Notes: generated from the sequence alone by a model not told the origin. A stretch of 63,890 nucleotides of DNA, filler included, from Reclinomonas americana ATCC 50394 (GCA_048213135.1; 9 parts of 2 records of this genome joined end to end with filler, not necessarily neighbours in it), one strand, 5' to 3'; shown: positions 25,801-39,298, numbered from the whole stretch's first letter. Made by a program: numbers and translations.

Positions 25801-28591
25801 CGTCGTTGCGTGCAAACGATCTTGGATGCCACGCTCTCCCCGCAAGCTGACTCGACCTCGCCACAGGTGCCGAGGAGACAGCAGGGCGAATGAATCTCGG
25901 TCGCACGTGGAGCAACTTGAAGGCGCCAGACTTGCCGAGTGCCGAGTCGCGGGCGGCCGTCGATGACGAATTCGAGTCGGTGGTGTCGGAAGATGTGATG
26001 GTGGACGACAGTTGCGTCAGCATGTGTACACTTCTCCTCATTGACAAGATTAAATCGCTGACTTTGCATGCAGGCCTGATATCAGTCAGTGGCCGTCGCG
26101 CGAGCGGTGGTGGTGTGGCTGCCGTGCGTCGCATGTCGTCGTCTACCGCAGTGGGACGCACGGCGCCCAAGTCGCACGAGTCATCCGCAATGTCGCTGGC
26201 CCTGCGCACACCCAAGAGTGCCAGTGGCACCACCACACCCGATGAATTCGCGAAGAGCACCTCGGCAGCACAGGTAGAACATGGCACAGGGGATGCGTGA
26301 AGCTCTCGTGAGCTCACACCACTCTGCTGTTGCAGACACCGCCGCTGTCGGGACGCAGTGGACGATCGGGATCGCTCTCCCACCGAGCCTCGCAGATCAT
26401 GGCCGCGTTGCGCAGTCGCGAAGGCTCAGCCAGAAGACCGCGATCGGCCTCGCAGGCGGAGAGCGATCGACGGCGCACGGTGGAGAAGCTGGAGAATGTG
26501 GTGTCGGCGGAACTGACCGACATTAACTTGCGCGACTATGTGCCGATGATCACCATGAAGCCCGATACGGTGAGTAGACGAATGCATGTCGTGCGAGTGG
26601 GGCAGGGCGAAGACCTCACGTGTTGCTACGCCGGCACAGGATCGTCGACTGGAGCCAATGATGCGCAAACAGCGAATCAAGGACAAGTTTGAACGAGATC
26701 GCCTGGGTGAGACGAGTCTCCTGCTGCTGCTCCTGTTTCGTTCTCCCTTGTCACTCACGGTTTGTGGACGTGCATGCGCAGCACACAAGATGGGCCACAC
26801 CTCGGCGTTCTACGAGAGAGGGCACTTGCACGACTTTTCCTTCGACGCCCTGTTGACCATCACTGACGATCTGGACAGTCCCGACATTCAGCCTCTGTTG
26901 CGCGCGCCCGTCAGTGTGATGATGATGACGACAATTGTGTTTCAATCTAACTCTGTGCACGTGATGTGTGGCGACAGTGGACTGCCCCGTCCGGCCAGCA
27001 TTCAAATCAGTAGACCACTGAGCGCCAAGTCGAGTCGTGCGGCCAGTCGGTGAGTGGCGCCGTGAGTGACTCCGTATAGCGTGGCGGTGTGCTCATCAGG
27101 TGGCGACATTGCAGCAACGGCACTCCACTGGTGTCTCCGGGACGACGTGGTAGCGAGCAGCCTCCGTCGGCTGCTGAGCGACTGTCAACAGCGTGGGCGC
27201 AGCGCGGTCGCTTGGTGCCGAGTCGTCGACCATCCTAGTGAGTGCTCGCAATGCCTCCAACCCGTGGTGATCGATCCTCACCGTAGGTGCCCTGCCTGCA
27301 GTCTGGAAGCCGGTCACGAAAGGACCAGCTCGCAGCCGTCGCCTTCTCGCGACGCCAGTGCAGTTGCGTGGGTTGCACGTCACCGCCATCGCATCGTCAT
27401 CTCACCTTGCCTGGTATCCTGCAGAACGTGGAAGCCACCAATTCCAGACGCACGGCATCGGCAGTGTTCTCGGTTGACCGCCAGACGTCGTTTGGGGAGG
27501 ACTCGGCCGCGGACCTGCTGTCGGTTGGGTCGGGAGCACCTCGCCGACCATCGTCGGCTGCGATCAACGTGCAAATCAGCGAACCGGAAGGCGTGCGTCG
27601 ACCGCCGTCGGCCTTGATCCGCAGTCGACGCACGTCCATGTCGGTGTCTCCAAAGCACGAGCGGCAGTCATCGGCCGCCACGATCGCCACCAATGCCACC
27701 ACCGGCACCTCGACGCCTGCACCCGAGTCGCAGGCAAGTTCCGAGCGGCGACCATCTTCCGCTCTTCTTCAGGCCGACCATCGACGCATGTCGTCGTTTG
27801 CGTCGTCCACGTCGCCCGACCGTCGACCGCAGTCCGCTGTCGTCACCGGGTCGGCACCCGGCGGCACCGCGATGGAGAGAAGAGTGCGTCCGTGTTGCAG
27901 CAGTGTGTGCGAAAAGTGAGAAAGAATAGCTCACCCGCACCTGCAGCCTTCATCAGCACCGCGTCAGCCGTCCATTCCACGAGCATATCCCGAACTCAAT
28001 CCACCCGTGCGTCAGTTGCCTCCGGGAATGGTGCCGAATTCGAGTCTGCTGGTGAGACAGAGAGTGAGAGAGAGATGGTGGAGGTCGTTGAGCTTGTCAC
28101 TAACTGCATTCTGTGTCAAAAAAAGGCCGTGGCCGGAGCGATTGCCAAGATGAAGAAACCACGCGCCCGCAGCGCGTCGGCGGCCGGACGGGTGAGTGAT
28201 CTCCAGTGCTGTCGCTCTTTCTCGTAAAGTGAAGTGACTGATTGGCTGTTGCAGGCGGCGCGACTGGTGACTGGCGTGACTCGACCGAGCACGGCACAGC
28301 CGCATCGGCCGGTCTCCGGCAATCCAGTCACTCGGCCCGTATCGTCGAGTACGCGACCGAGTGCCACCGCCAGGGAGTCGAGCAGAACCGGCACGACCAA
28401 GGCAACAACCATGCTGACGACGGCGACGGTGGTCGCGGCGGACTCGCAAATGGACTATTGCGGCATGATGGACCTGTTGCAAGCGCGACTGCAGGCGTAC
28501 GAGGTACGCCAGCGTCGATCCCATCCACCCACCACCGTTTCGCGTCCTCGACTGACACGTTCTTGTGGCACAGCGAACGCACATGCCCTAA
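22882..28591 (+). CDS. Large WD40-repeat protein with disordered C-terminus (interrupted by linker 24592-24691)
   Basis: Repeated GH..WD-type units: YCGHTGWVTGL..CSVDNSICMW, LEGHSDIV..ASYDGTVVIRD, LGRHDDSV..CSGDGTIRKW, DATMRVWD, LDGHLAPI..IAHDHAVRLWD. Continuity across the linker is inferred. Confidence 0.8.
24592..24691. other. Artificial contig linker 44N-TTAATTAATTAA-44N (also at 29903-30002, 37258-37357, 40892-40991, 46406-46505, 54308-54407, 56470-56569, 62509-62608)
   Basis: Identical 100-bp structure eight times; the 12-mer gives stops in all six frames. Confidence 0.97.
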
Positions 28592-28706
28592 TGCCTTCCT
28601 TTTGACAACACCTGCCTGTGCCTGTGCCCGCGTGCCCGATGCCCGATGCCTGTTAATCTTCACAACTGTCGATGCTGTACACTACTTCTTTTTCCGCCCA
28701 CCGCCC

Positions 28707-29352
28707 TCACAACAGCGGCTTGAACGAGCCGCCCATCATCGTCCGCAGCGTGCCCTGCGTTGCACTACCAAGTGAATACGTACGGACACAAACTCAACGC
28801 ACTCTCCGCTCTCGAAACGCAACCTCATTGCTCTCTTGAATGATGGCTTTCACTGTCGGCAATCCCAATCGCTTGTGCGCCGTGTATCGATGGCATCCGC
28901 CCCTGCGTTGACGCCCGTGAGACACACACAGAAGACGTGGAGCACAGTGCGACGCAACATGGCAAAGTAGTAGTCGCCGCCCTCCTTGCCGACCACGTGC
29001 AACACTGTGATTGGCGGGATGGTGGCGCCCGTGGGATCCTCTCGCAGGGACTCCATCAGTGACTCCACCTGTGTTTGATCGCACCAGTGAGTGAACGGCG
29101 AGGATGACACGAAGAGAGGAGAGTAAATGACCTTGGCCTCATCCACTGGCGACTGAATCGGCCTGTGTGTATGTTCCACAAAAGAGTGAGTGACACAAGA
29201 CGCAGACAGCGAAGATGGCAAGCAGGTCTCACCGAGTGATCACCCTCATCGGCACCTTCGGCGACGAAAGAACGACAAGTGTCAGAGCGAGTGTGTGTGA
29301 GAGAGAGAGAGAGAACACACACCTCGTGTACTTCTCCTGCGCCGTCACACAT
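28707..29352 (-). CDS. SRXN1: Sulfiredoxin (start uncertain)
   Basis: Spliced: EVHEVPMRVITRPIQSPVDEAKVESLMESL..IPPITVLHVVGKEGGDYYFAMGGCHRYTAHKRLG..ESNEGTLRTMMGGSFKPLL*. Contains the GGCHR active-site motif. Confidence 0.92.
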
Positions 29353-30002
29353 GCTTGGTCTGCTCTCACCAACAACACAACAAGAAAACAATGAAGGCTG
29401 ACTGCAGGTTGTGGGACTCCGACTCCTCCGAGACTGATATCAGGAATATCTGTCTCAACTCCGCACGCTTCACACTTTCGTGGAGACGCGCTTCTCTAGA
29501 ATACGCATGCCACACTGTTTGAAGCAGTGACTTCAAGGCAGCAAACTCCGTCGTCGTTGCGACGTCTTGCATTTTTTGTCCTTCACAAGTTCATCAAATA
29601 AAAAAGAGAGCCCCATCTCAAAAAAATAAGTTTCCCGCTAAAGGGCCCTCGCCAAGATGGAGACCGGCGCGCAGGTTTGGCACACACTCACACACACAAC
29701 TTGCACACACCTCTCGCAGTCTGTGCGTGAGTGCCCTTCACACTGTCGGTTTTGTATCGCGCGCGCGTAGCTGTTCATGATATACTTCGAAACGCTCAGC
29801 TCAATACGTCCTCTATCCACTCCCTCTCTCTCTCTCTCTTACACACACCCACCTCTCTCTCTCTCTCTCCTCCTCTTGCTCACCGCGACACACGACAGTA
29901 TTNNNNNNNNNNNNNNNNNNNNNNNNNNNNNNNNNNNNNNNNNNNNTTAATTAATTAANNNNNNNNNNNNNNNNNNNNNNNNNNNNNNNNNNNNNNNNNN
30001 NN

Positions 30003-33000
30003 CGCCAAGGAAGAGGTCAAGGAGAGGGTCGTTGGACTGGCCCAGCGCTTTGTTCATCGCAACGATGGCGGTGGTGGAGATGGCGGCGGCGGCGGTGACG
30101 GTGACGGTGGTGGTGGTGGTGGAGGTGATGGCGGTGGAGGTGGTGATGGTGGCGGCGGCGGCGATGCCGGCGATTCAGGTGGAGGTGGAGGTGGCGATGG
30201 CGGCGGTGGAGATGCCGGGGCTGGTGGTGGCGTGGGAGACGTTTCCGCGCCGGCTGACGATGCGTCGCGTGCTGATTTCGACGCGATGGAGCCCTCCGCG
30301 CCAGGCGTTCCCGATGACACTGACGATCTCGCGACTGCGGCGATTGCAGAGCCGGAGACACCGGCGGCGATCAGCGTGTCGGTGTCTGCCGCGCCGTCGA
30401 CTCCCGTCATGCCGCGTTCCGCTGCTGCCACGAGGCCTGCGACTGCCGCTGCGGCTGGAGCGCGGTTTGCAGTCGGCAGTGGTGGTGGTGATGGTGGTGG
30501 CGCTGCTGCTGCTGCCGCCGGCGGGGGCGGCGACGATGGCAGTGGTGGTGGTGGTGGCGGTGGTGGTGGCGATGACGGAGAGGTCGATGAGGACATGCAG
30601 GCGCTCTTGGACGCCGCCGACGTTGCCGACGCACGACTGGGCGACGAGGAGATGGTGGGCGAGGAGGCGGCTGCGGACAAGATCGCGTTTGGTGAGTTTC
30701 TCATGAGAAAGAGGAGATAACACTGTGGTGTCACTCACTTCTTCTGCTGAAAAGCACTTGGCGAGCTCGTGCACGAGACTCCCCGTATTCGACGCATGGG
30801 AGAGACGCTGGGTGCCGTGGTCAAGATCGTCGAAAAGAAGTGCATTCGCATCAAGAACGCCATTGAATCGGTGGACAAGTTTGGCGCCGACATGGGTGCG
30901 TCCGTCTGCCCACTTGTGCTTCTCGTGTTCGTGTCTTGCTGAGCACGCTTCCTCCCACATCAGACGACACGTGCTTCCTGCCGTTCTGCACCATCTGGTG
31001 CTGCTACAGGTGTGTTGCTATGAGCGTCTTGGTGGCACGCTGTGTGCACTCGAATCACCACCACTCCTCACAGATACCCGGACATGAAGCGCCTGGGCGA
31101 TCTCGGGCCCATCATCGAGCACGGTGTGTGCCCTCCGAGCCGTCTCCACTCCGCTATCCACCCCTCTCACATGTTGTGTGCGTGGCGTGCAGAGCTGGAG
31201 CAGCTGAACCGCATCGCTCTGCTCCTGCAAAGTGCCATCTCAGCCGCCTCCCTCAACGTCAACATGGAACAACTCGAGAGCGCCTTTAACGTGACCAAGG
31301 AGATCGAGGCGCCGAATGCACGCATGTTTTGGAAGGAGCGCTTCGGACCGCAGGTGAGTGGTGTTGTTGTCGTTGCCGCATCGTGGCGCCCGCCACGTCT
31401 CGATCTCACCCTCGTCCTCTGTGCAGGAATCGAGAGTGCCGTTCGATCAATTCCAAGATATGCACCTCATCAGTGACCGCTCATTTGTGTCTCGCCAACC
31501 GCAGTACCAACGTGTGTGCTCTTTTTCCTTCGTGCACAGGGCTTTTTCCAGTATCTGCGCGACGACTACGGGCACAATCGCTACGTGCAGCTCATCTCCG
31601 ACGGCGTGTCGCCCGTGATTGTGGACCGGCCACTTCTCGACGTGCGTTGGGTCGGCGATTGTTGGAAGATCATTTGCTCGTCATGCTCACTTTGCGGCGA
31701 CACAGTACTTGGAGTGGACACAGAACGCGTCGTGGCCCGGCTGGGCCGACACGCTCAAGGAGCCGCATGTGCTGCTGCAGCGGCTGCTGATGATGTTGCG
31801 TTGTGCGAGGCGTGCCTTGTCGGTCGGTCACACTGTTGTTGCTCACGTCGCGCGTGTAGGGAGGTCGACGACTCGTCTCGTGACGGATTTGTCAGCTTGG
31901 TCGAGTTTCGCAACGCCACTCGCACCATGCGCGAGAAGCTCATTTCCATTGCCATCTTTATTGAGCGCCTTCACAAGGTGCGCACCGCGTTGGCGAAGAC
32001 GTGTGTCCTTTTTCATATCACGCACTCATGATTACATACGACGACACACAGCCGACCAAGTTTGTGCGTGCCTCGGGCAGCAGTTCCTTGTTAACTGCTG
32101 ACCATTTCTCTGTTTTCTCACCTCGATGCTCTCACAGAACTTGTCTCAGTTTCAGCGCGACCAGGTGTGTGTTATCACAGCATTCCGTGTGACTGTTGCG
32201 TCGGTCTCACCCTTCACCTCTTCGCAGTTGCCAGTGGTGGTATGGGTCTACGACGATGTGGGCGATGCGGGATCGCGGCGCGTGAAGAGCCGCCTGGGTG
32301 TTGTCGGCAGCTGGATCCCGCACATGGTGTTTGCGTCGGAGCGCGAGTTTGCCATGAACCGGCTCAATTGCGCCACCAAGCCCATTGATGTGCGACCGAG
32401 TCCACCTCGCAGTCCGCTGCCGCGCTACCGATCAGATGGTGCGTGTGGGAGTTGGTCAGCAACAAGGGATGCGTGTCTCCAACACTCGTGATGCAGACTT
32501 GTTCGTGTCGCGATCGATGCTGCGTCGCACGCCATTCAAGGAGCTTTTGTTGTCGGTGGACGACGTTCACAACGACACCGACGAGCTGGTCCTCCTGTTG
32601 CGACAAGTCATCATTGGTCAGTGTTCTGTGTGTGTTTTTGCACATGTGCAACTCAGCATTTCATCATTCGACCCCGCGCAGAGGCATTCGACATTGTCAA
32701 CTCGTACTGCTGCCTGACGGTGGCCGAGGAGGATTCGCGTACCGTGACAAGTCAGTTGTTTGATGAGGTGATGACGTTGGGGTGGAAATCCATGCTGCAA
32801 ACGTACCGGCCACTGATAGCTGGCGATGATGATCTCCATCTCAGACGGGTGCTGTCGACGAGAGCTTCATGGTGCAGGCGTTCCGACCGGCCTTCTTGTG
32901 GTACACGCAGCATTTCTTCTCACTGGTTCGTGTCACAGTGCATGGCATGTGCGCTTCCCTCCTCACGCATTGACACAATGTGTGGTCTTTCTGCAGCTGC

Positions 33001-36000
33001 CGCCGTCGGATGCCACACTGGAGGATTTTGTGGATCGATGGAACGACGACTGTGAACTTGATTCGGGTGTGTGTCGGCCTTGTTCATCCATCGCATGCGC
33101 ATGCACTCCCTCACTTGATACCCTCGTGTAGACATGGTCCGCGCCAAGAACATGCAGCTGCTGCAAAAGGAGCTGAAGCTGCTGCGCAGCACACTGACCA
33201 ACCTCGGGCTCGACCAGGACGCCAAGGACACGCTGCCGCAGTTGATGAGTCGGCACCAGTTTGCCGAGGCATTCATCAGCCTGTTTGTCGACGAGCTGAG
33301 CGACGAGAAAGAGCTGCCGACGGTGGTGAAGCGTGGTGCTCGCGACCTTCTCTTCTTCCTCTGTTGCGTCACTTTACTGTCTGCAGTGCTGTCAACTCGC
33401 ACCGGTTTCTCACGCAGCGTGGTACGCAGGGCTGTTCCAGTACCCCTTCGATATTCTCAGCTCCACCTTCCGCGACGCGCAAGTTGCCGACATTGACACG
33501 GGTGCGGTGAAGCCGTCGGAGCTGGCGCAGAAAATCGAGAGCGAGTCATTGGAGAATGCCACCGCGCACTGGGACTCGGGTGAGGATGCCACTCGCCACG
33601 CCTGCTTGCTGTGACGTTCACTCTCACTGATCCCTGTCACGCAGTGGTCACTGATGTGGTCAGAAAACTGCTCGTGGACTCCCCGTGGTGTCAGTTCTCG
33701 CGCCTCACCGGCACGCAGTGGGCCAAGTTCTTTGAGCACGAGCACTTGTCGGTGTGTGTTTTGTTGTCATGTTCGTGAGAAAGTGAGTGAGTGTTTGGTC
33801 TCACCTTGTTTTCGACGCATGCAGGCCGACTCTGGCATGTCGCAGTATCAGGCTCTTACTGCCTCGCTGCATGTTGCGTTCGCAAGTGCCTGTGCAGACA
33901 GGTGTCCATTTTTCCTGGCTGCTCACGATTCCCGTGCAGACGACCGCGACCTTTTCGTGGTTCCAGACGGCTGATAAGAAACGCACCACTTCGCTCGTGC
34001 TGTTCTTTGCCATCCCCAGTTTCGTTCGTCCCACAAGCGTGACCCTTGGCCGCGTTATAACAGCTCCTGCGGTGCAGAGCGAGCCATGGGAATCTTTTGC
34101 CCCGGCGATGCAGTGGTCATCAAGGACGGCAACGGCCACGAGGTGACCCGAGTGGAACTCACCGACAAGCACGTACGCTCACTGAGTCCGCTCGGATACG
34201 GCAAATTTATGCTCGTCAACGGTATGTGTGTCAGCAAGCACACACATTCTCGTGGTCGCTGACCTTTTGTGCTTCACGACAGTGCCCTTTTCGGTGGCCG
34301 GGCGCACCGATCTGCACGCCTACAAGATCGAGATGCACCTGACTCAGTTGCGCACGGCGCCTGTGCAAGTCAGCTGCTGTGAGTCTCACTTCCCTCTCAC
34401 TCCAGATACTCGGCGAATCGCGAGGTTTCCACGACCTCGGTGTTGCCGCTCAAGCTTCCCGAGTTCCCCGATGCTGTCAATCAGAATGTGTTTTCCGACG
34501 ATCTAGAAGACCTGTCGAACCATTTGACGGTCAGTGTGCGTCGTCGCGTACTCAGCCTCTCTGCACGCCTGTCGGTGCGTAAAGTGGAGCGTGTGTGAAG
34601 CGTTTCCGTCTGCGTGCGTCAGGTCGTCTCACAGTGTGCGGCGAATGCAGGGCCTGCCCAATCATCGCTTCCTGGTGATGCGCTACGGAGCACATTGCTC
34701 GGCACCAATGGCTCTCGATCCACTGGTCAACGGCATTGGCGAAGTTTTGTTTTTTGCCGCACACGTCACGTGTCGTGCATGCATCACTCACCCGCCCACC
34801 TGCAGGCCAACCTCACATTTAACATTGCGGACGAGCCACTGGGTCTTGCGTTTTACTGCAGCCAGATACCCAACATGGCAAACAAGCCCATCATTGTCGT
34901 GCCGCCGCAACCGGACGCCCATGGCCCCTACACTGGCTACATCACTGTCGAGCTGATTGCTCGATCAGCCGCGCAGGAGCTGATGCTGTCGGCGTCGTCG
35001 CGACTTGGTACGCTGCGCGCGAGACATGTCGATCCACTGCAAAAAAAAAAACTCACAGGAAAGCTCTGTAGGATCAGTGTTGCCGCCGATTGTACCGCCG
35101 GTTGTGCCGCCGATGTCTGCGGTCAGCTCGTTTGTGGCAGAAGACTTGGCGGAGGAGTCGCGGTCCATGTCTTCCCGCAGCGCCGGCTCGGTTCGTGTGG
35201 AAGTGTCGGTCCCCAGTCCACGACCCAGCGTACATCGACGGCGCGTGGCGCTACCGGCGCTCTTCCGATCCATGCTCATCACTCCGGCATCGTTTGTCAC
35301 GGATCTCCTGGTGCCGACGCTGCCACTTTCCAGCTCGATCTCGGTACGTGCGGGAGGGGGGGAGGGGTGGGTGTGGCCGTGCTCGTTTCTAATCCGATGT
35401 GCAGTTGGTGCCGCGCGAAATGTCACCACCGAGCGAATCGTTTGAATCGCACCGCATGCCCATCAGTCACTTGCCGGAAGAAGTACGTTCTATTTCTCGT
35501 GCGTGGCGGTGCCTGGTATTTCATTTGCTCACGTGCATGCGCGCACGTACACAGTTGTACATTTGGTACCGAGTCAAGATGACGGACACGCTCTCGGATG
35601 TGGTACGCATCGACATTAGTCCGTATCACCGCCTGGCGAAGCGTTTTGGCGTGTGCTACCTGCGCAAGTACAGAGTTGAGTGCGGCTGGGTGTGCTGTGC
35701 GTTGTTTCCCTTTCTCGCGATCGGCACTCAATCGCATGCACTCGCGCAGCACAAAGTGCGCATTCAAGTGGGCTCCGACGACATTGCGCCCAACGTGACG
35801 GCACTCGGAACGGTGGCGCTTACGAACGCGCAGTCGGCGCCACAGGATTCGGTGACTATGACGGAGCGTGTTGTCGTGCTCGGCTTCATGGCCGACGATC
35901 GGTACCGCAACTTCAAGGACAAGCTGGTGTTCTTGCCGCCGGGTGCGTGTGTGTTTGTTTTTCAAAGCATTGCCGCCAAAGTCCTCATCTCGCTGCGTGC

Positions 36001-36745
36001 AGATCCCGAGGCGGCAGTGATGTTTGACCGCAACGTTGATCTCGAGCACGAGGCTCGCCAGTTCCTCCTCGAGTTCCAGGTGCGTTCTGTCACAACTCTG
36101 GCTTTGTCCGCTCCTGCTCACCCTTCATTCAGGCACTCACATCGGCCGATTCATCGGCGGGTCACGCCGAGGGTGCGGTTGGACGGCGTGGTGGAGCCCG
36201 CCTGTTCTATCACATTGCCGACCGACGCGGCGAGTTGTGCCAGATTTCGCGCAAGTATATCCGTCCGTGGGCATTCTCGGCATTTGAGTCGGGATCGTTC
36301 CTGCAGGTTTGTAGTTCTCCACCGCCCCACCCCGTCACATACGTGACGCTCACTTTCTCTCCCCAGCTCGGTGTCAACAACTGGTTCGCTATTGTCGGCC
36401 TCATGGCCGAGTCCACCTCCATGCCCGTGCTGGTGTTGCAGAAAGGTGATTGGAACCCACCCTCGCCTTCCTTTTCCCTTTTCTTTGTTTGCTCACCCGT
36501 GGCATCTGCCTGCAGTTGAGCGCGGTCGCGGTCATGCCGGCAACAGAGCCAACCCACGCACTCGCATCGCCGACACGCAAGCTCGCACGACTGCTGCTGC
36601 CGCCGGCTCCGGCTCCAAACCAGCTGCTGCGCATCGATTCGGCGGTGAGATCTGGGGCGGGTACCACGAAGTCGACTTTGAGCGGCTGCTCTGCGGCGGC
36701 TTCCAGAAGTGGTCGCTGTACGTGTATCCAGTTGATGGCGAGTGA
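30003..36745 (+). CDS. Large many-exon protein with Gly-rich N-terminal region and Cbl-TKB-like EF-hand segment; 5' partial
   Basis: Chain of short GT-AG exons. ARMFWKERFGPQESRVPFDQF...VDDSSRDGFVSLVEFRNATR resembles the Cbl EF-hand subdomain. Terminal exon ends SLYVYPVDGE*. Confidence 0.55.
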
Positions 36746-36811
36746 AGCAGTAAACACCAGGCAAACCTTCCGTGTGACAGCATTTGGCGGGAATGTTGTT
36801 TCTCGCTTTCC

Positions 36812-37257
36812 ATGGCCGCGACACGCAAGCGTGAGCGAGTTGAGTACTCTCTATGCGTGTGTCATCATGTGCTTCTGTTGGAGGTGAACAGCGCACCCTG
36901 CTGACACTTTGCGTCATGTGTGCGGCGCATATCGTCATCGCAGGAGGTAGTCGACCTCGACTTGACGCAATGGGAGCCGGAGCTGAAGCGCCCACACACA
37001 GCAGGAGCCGCAGCGACAGCAGTGACTGAGGTGATGACCATTGATGTCGATGCGAGTGATTGTGCGACTCCGCCTGCCTCCTCCGCATCAGCGGCCGCGG
37101 ATTCAATGGTGGTGGAGGTGGTACCGGTGGAGGCCCGCGGAGGAGGTGCAGCAGAGGCGAGCAGGACTCCTCGTCAGTCGCGTGCGGCAAGTGGCGCGCA
37201 CGTGGAGGTGGTGGACTTGGTGGACGGTGATAATCTCGGTGAGCACAGCAGTGTTTA
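36812..37257 (+). CDS. N-terminus of a protein with basic NLS and multiple SUMO-interacting motifs; 3' partial
   Basis: MAATRKRER | intron 36839-36943 | EVVDLDL..EVMTIDVD..VVEVV..VEVVDLVD. Confidence 0.55.
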
Positions 37258-37357
37258 NNNNNNNNNNNNNNNNNNNNNNNNNNNNNNNNNNNNNNNNNNN
37301 NTTAATTAATTAANNNNNNNNNNNNNNNNNNNNNNNNNNNNNNNNNNNNNNNNNNNN

Positions 37358-39209
37358 GCCGCCGCAGTTGCCGTACATGAACAAGCGCGGCAAGAAGTTT
37401 GTTCCCGGCGGCAAGTACGTCAATCCGTATGGCGCGCCGAGTGCGGGCATGATGGGCGCGCCGCAGGCCAGTGGTCCGTCGGCCTACGAGACCCTGGCGC
37501 ACGAGTCCATCAGCTTTACCGTCGACCTCAGCCAGGCGTCGACGCTGTACAATGTTGTGAGGAAGGAAGGTGTGCTCTTTTTCCATGCACTACATACGTG
37601 TCTTGCACGGCGGCTGACAGTGGGGTTGTTGCAGAGGCCCAGTGTGCCAAGTGTCACGTGCGTGGCGCGCTGCAACTTCCGTGCGAGCACTTTTTGTGCA
37701 CCGCCTGCCTGGTGGAGCAGGCTGAGCAGTTGGTGGAAGCCTATGGCTCCAGGCAAAAGCGTCTGGCTGCGGCCGATGCCAAGGCTGCGGCGGCGGCAAC
37801 GACGACGACGACCACCACCACCACCTCCACCGCCGCCACGACTGGCGTCAGCACGAGGAAAAAGGGCGGCAAGCAGAAAAAGGCGGAGCCGCCAAAGCCA
37901 TCGGCTGATGCAGTGCTCAAAAAGGTACGCGTTGGAGATGCATGTACAATGATGCACGCACGTGCTCATTCACTTTGCCGCGGCGCAGGAATTGCTCGAG
38001 TCGGCCAAGGAAATGGCCCGCAAGCTAAAGGAGAAACAGAAGAAGAAGAGTCGAAACAAGGCACAAGCAGCAGTGGCTGCCGCCGCCGCCGCAGCAGTAG
38101 CACCGGGAAGTGGCGACGGTGTCGCGACACAGAAGCAGGAGGTGGCAGAGGAGGAGAAGGCGGACAAGGAAGAGGAGAGCAAGCAGGCGGTGGATTCATC
38201 CGTGGTGGCTGTTGCGTACACTCTCCCTGCCCCTCCCGCCTAACCGGCGTCTCATCTCCGCACGCAGCATCCGATCCCCGACGTTCTCCTGCAGCAAACG
38301 GGATTCGAGTGCATCATTTGCAGAGTTGCGCCTGGCAGCAAGCTTGTCTTCTCGCACTCGCTCCTTGCTCACTCTACGACCTGCTCGCAGCATGTGGTTA
38401 CCGAGTTTGTGCAACTACCGGCTTGCCGTCGAGTGCACGCCTATTGCCTGAAGTGCGCAAAGGCGTCGTTCCCGCCCAACACCAACGTCGGCTCCTGCGC
38501 TTACTGCCGCATGGTGTGTGGGAGGCTGCCGCGCTTTTTGCATTTTTTCGTGCGCCTGTCGCTGACACGCCCTGTCGCAGACCTCGGCACTGCGAGCACC
38601 CATCGAAAAGTACGTGCGACACTGGTCGCCGGATTGTGTGCCGCTCTTTGTCAAGTGCTGTGTGCGCACGTGCCTTCAAGGTCTAGATGTGTACGGTCAT
38701 GTCTCTTGTCGGATTCCCATCGCCACTGACAAAAAGTGTACGCAGCCGTGCCGGTCAACGTGATTGACAGAGCGTTCTCCAAGGAGGAGCAGCAGGCCAA
38801 GCGACTTGGGCAGACAGATCGCGTGCTCAAGCTGCGCGAGTGTCGTCGCGACTACGGGACGTGGCTGTGTCAGACGATTCGCCAGCGCCGTTCGCAAGCG
38901 GCCGCGCAGCAGCTGGAGATGGCGCGCAATCCACCTCCACCGCCGCCGCCGCTTGCTGCTCCTGTTCGGTTTGCAAATGCTCTGCAGCAGCAACTGTCGT
39001 CGGCTATGAAGAAGGCACAGTTCCAGTACCCAATGTTGGCTTCGAGTGGCGGGCACATGAGCTTTTTGTGCGCGTTCGATCACCATTTCCACGAGTTATT
39101 CGACGAGGAGTATGATGACGAGTACGATGACGAGCGCGAAGACGAGTACGACGAGGAGTGCGATTGTGACGAATGTGTGAGAGAGCGAGAAGAGGATGAG
39201 TACTGTTGA
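37358..39209 (+). CDS. RING-finger protein (two RING-like Cys/His clusters), acidic tail; 5' partial
   Basis: CAKC..LPCEHFLCTAC..(long insert)..CIICR, then CSQH..CRRVHAYCLKC..CAYCR. Ends EREREEDEYC*. Confidence 0.65.
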
Positions 39210-39298
39210 TGAATGAAGAAGAAACATTGATTCCACTACATTCGGTTTACAAGTACATCATCACGAGTGAGCTGCTTCGTGAGGGGGCGCGGGGTGGG

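Noticed and set aside
28955..28958. Reading GTTGCG donors as GC donors 3 nt downstream (TT|GCGT)
   Set aside because: It keeps frame but adds a residue that breaks conserved spacing in sulfiredoxin, cytochrome b5 and TMEM94.
31505..31511. Possible 7-nt microexon TACCAAC
   Set aside because: An in-frame read-through model with a GT donor also works, and no conserved motif is available to decide.
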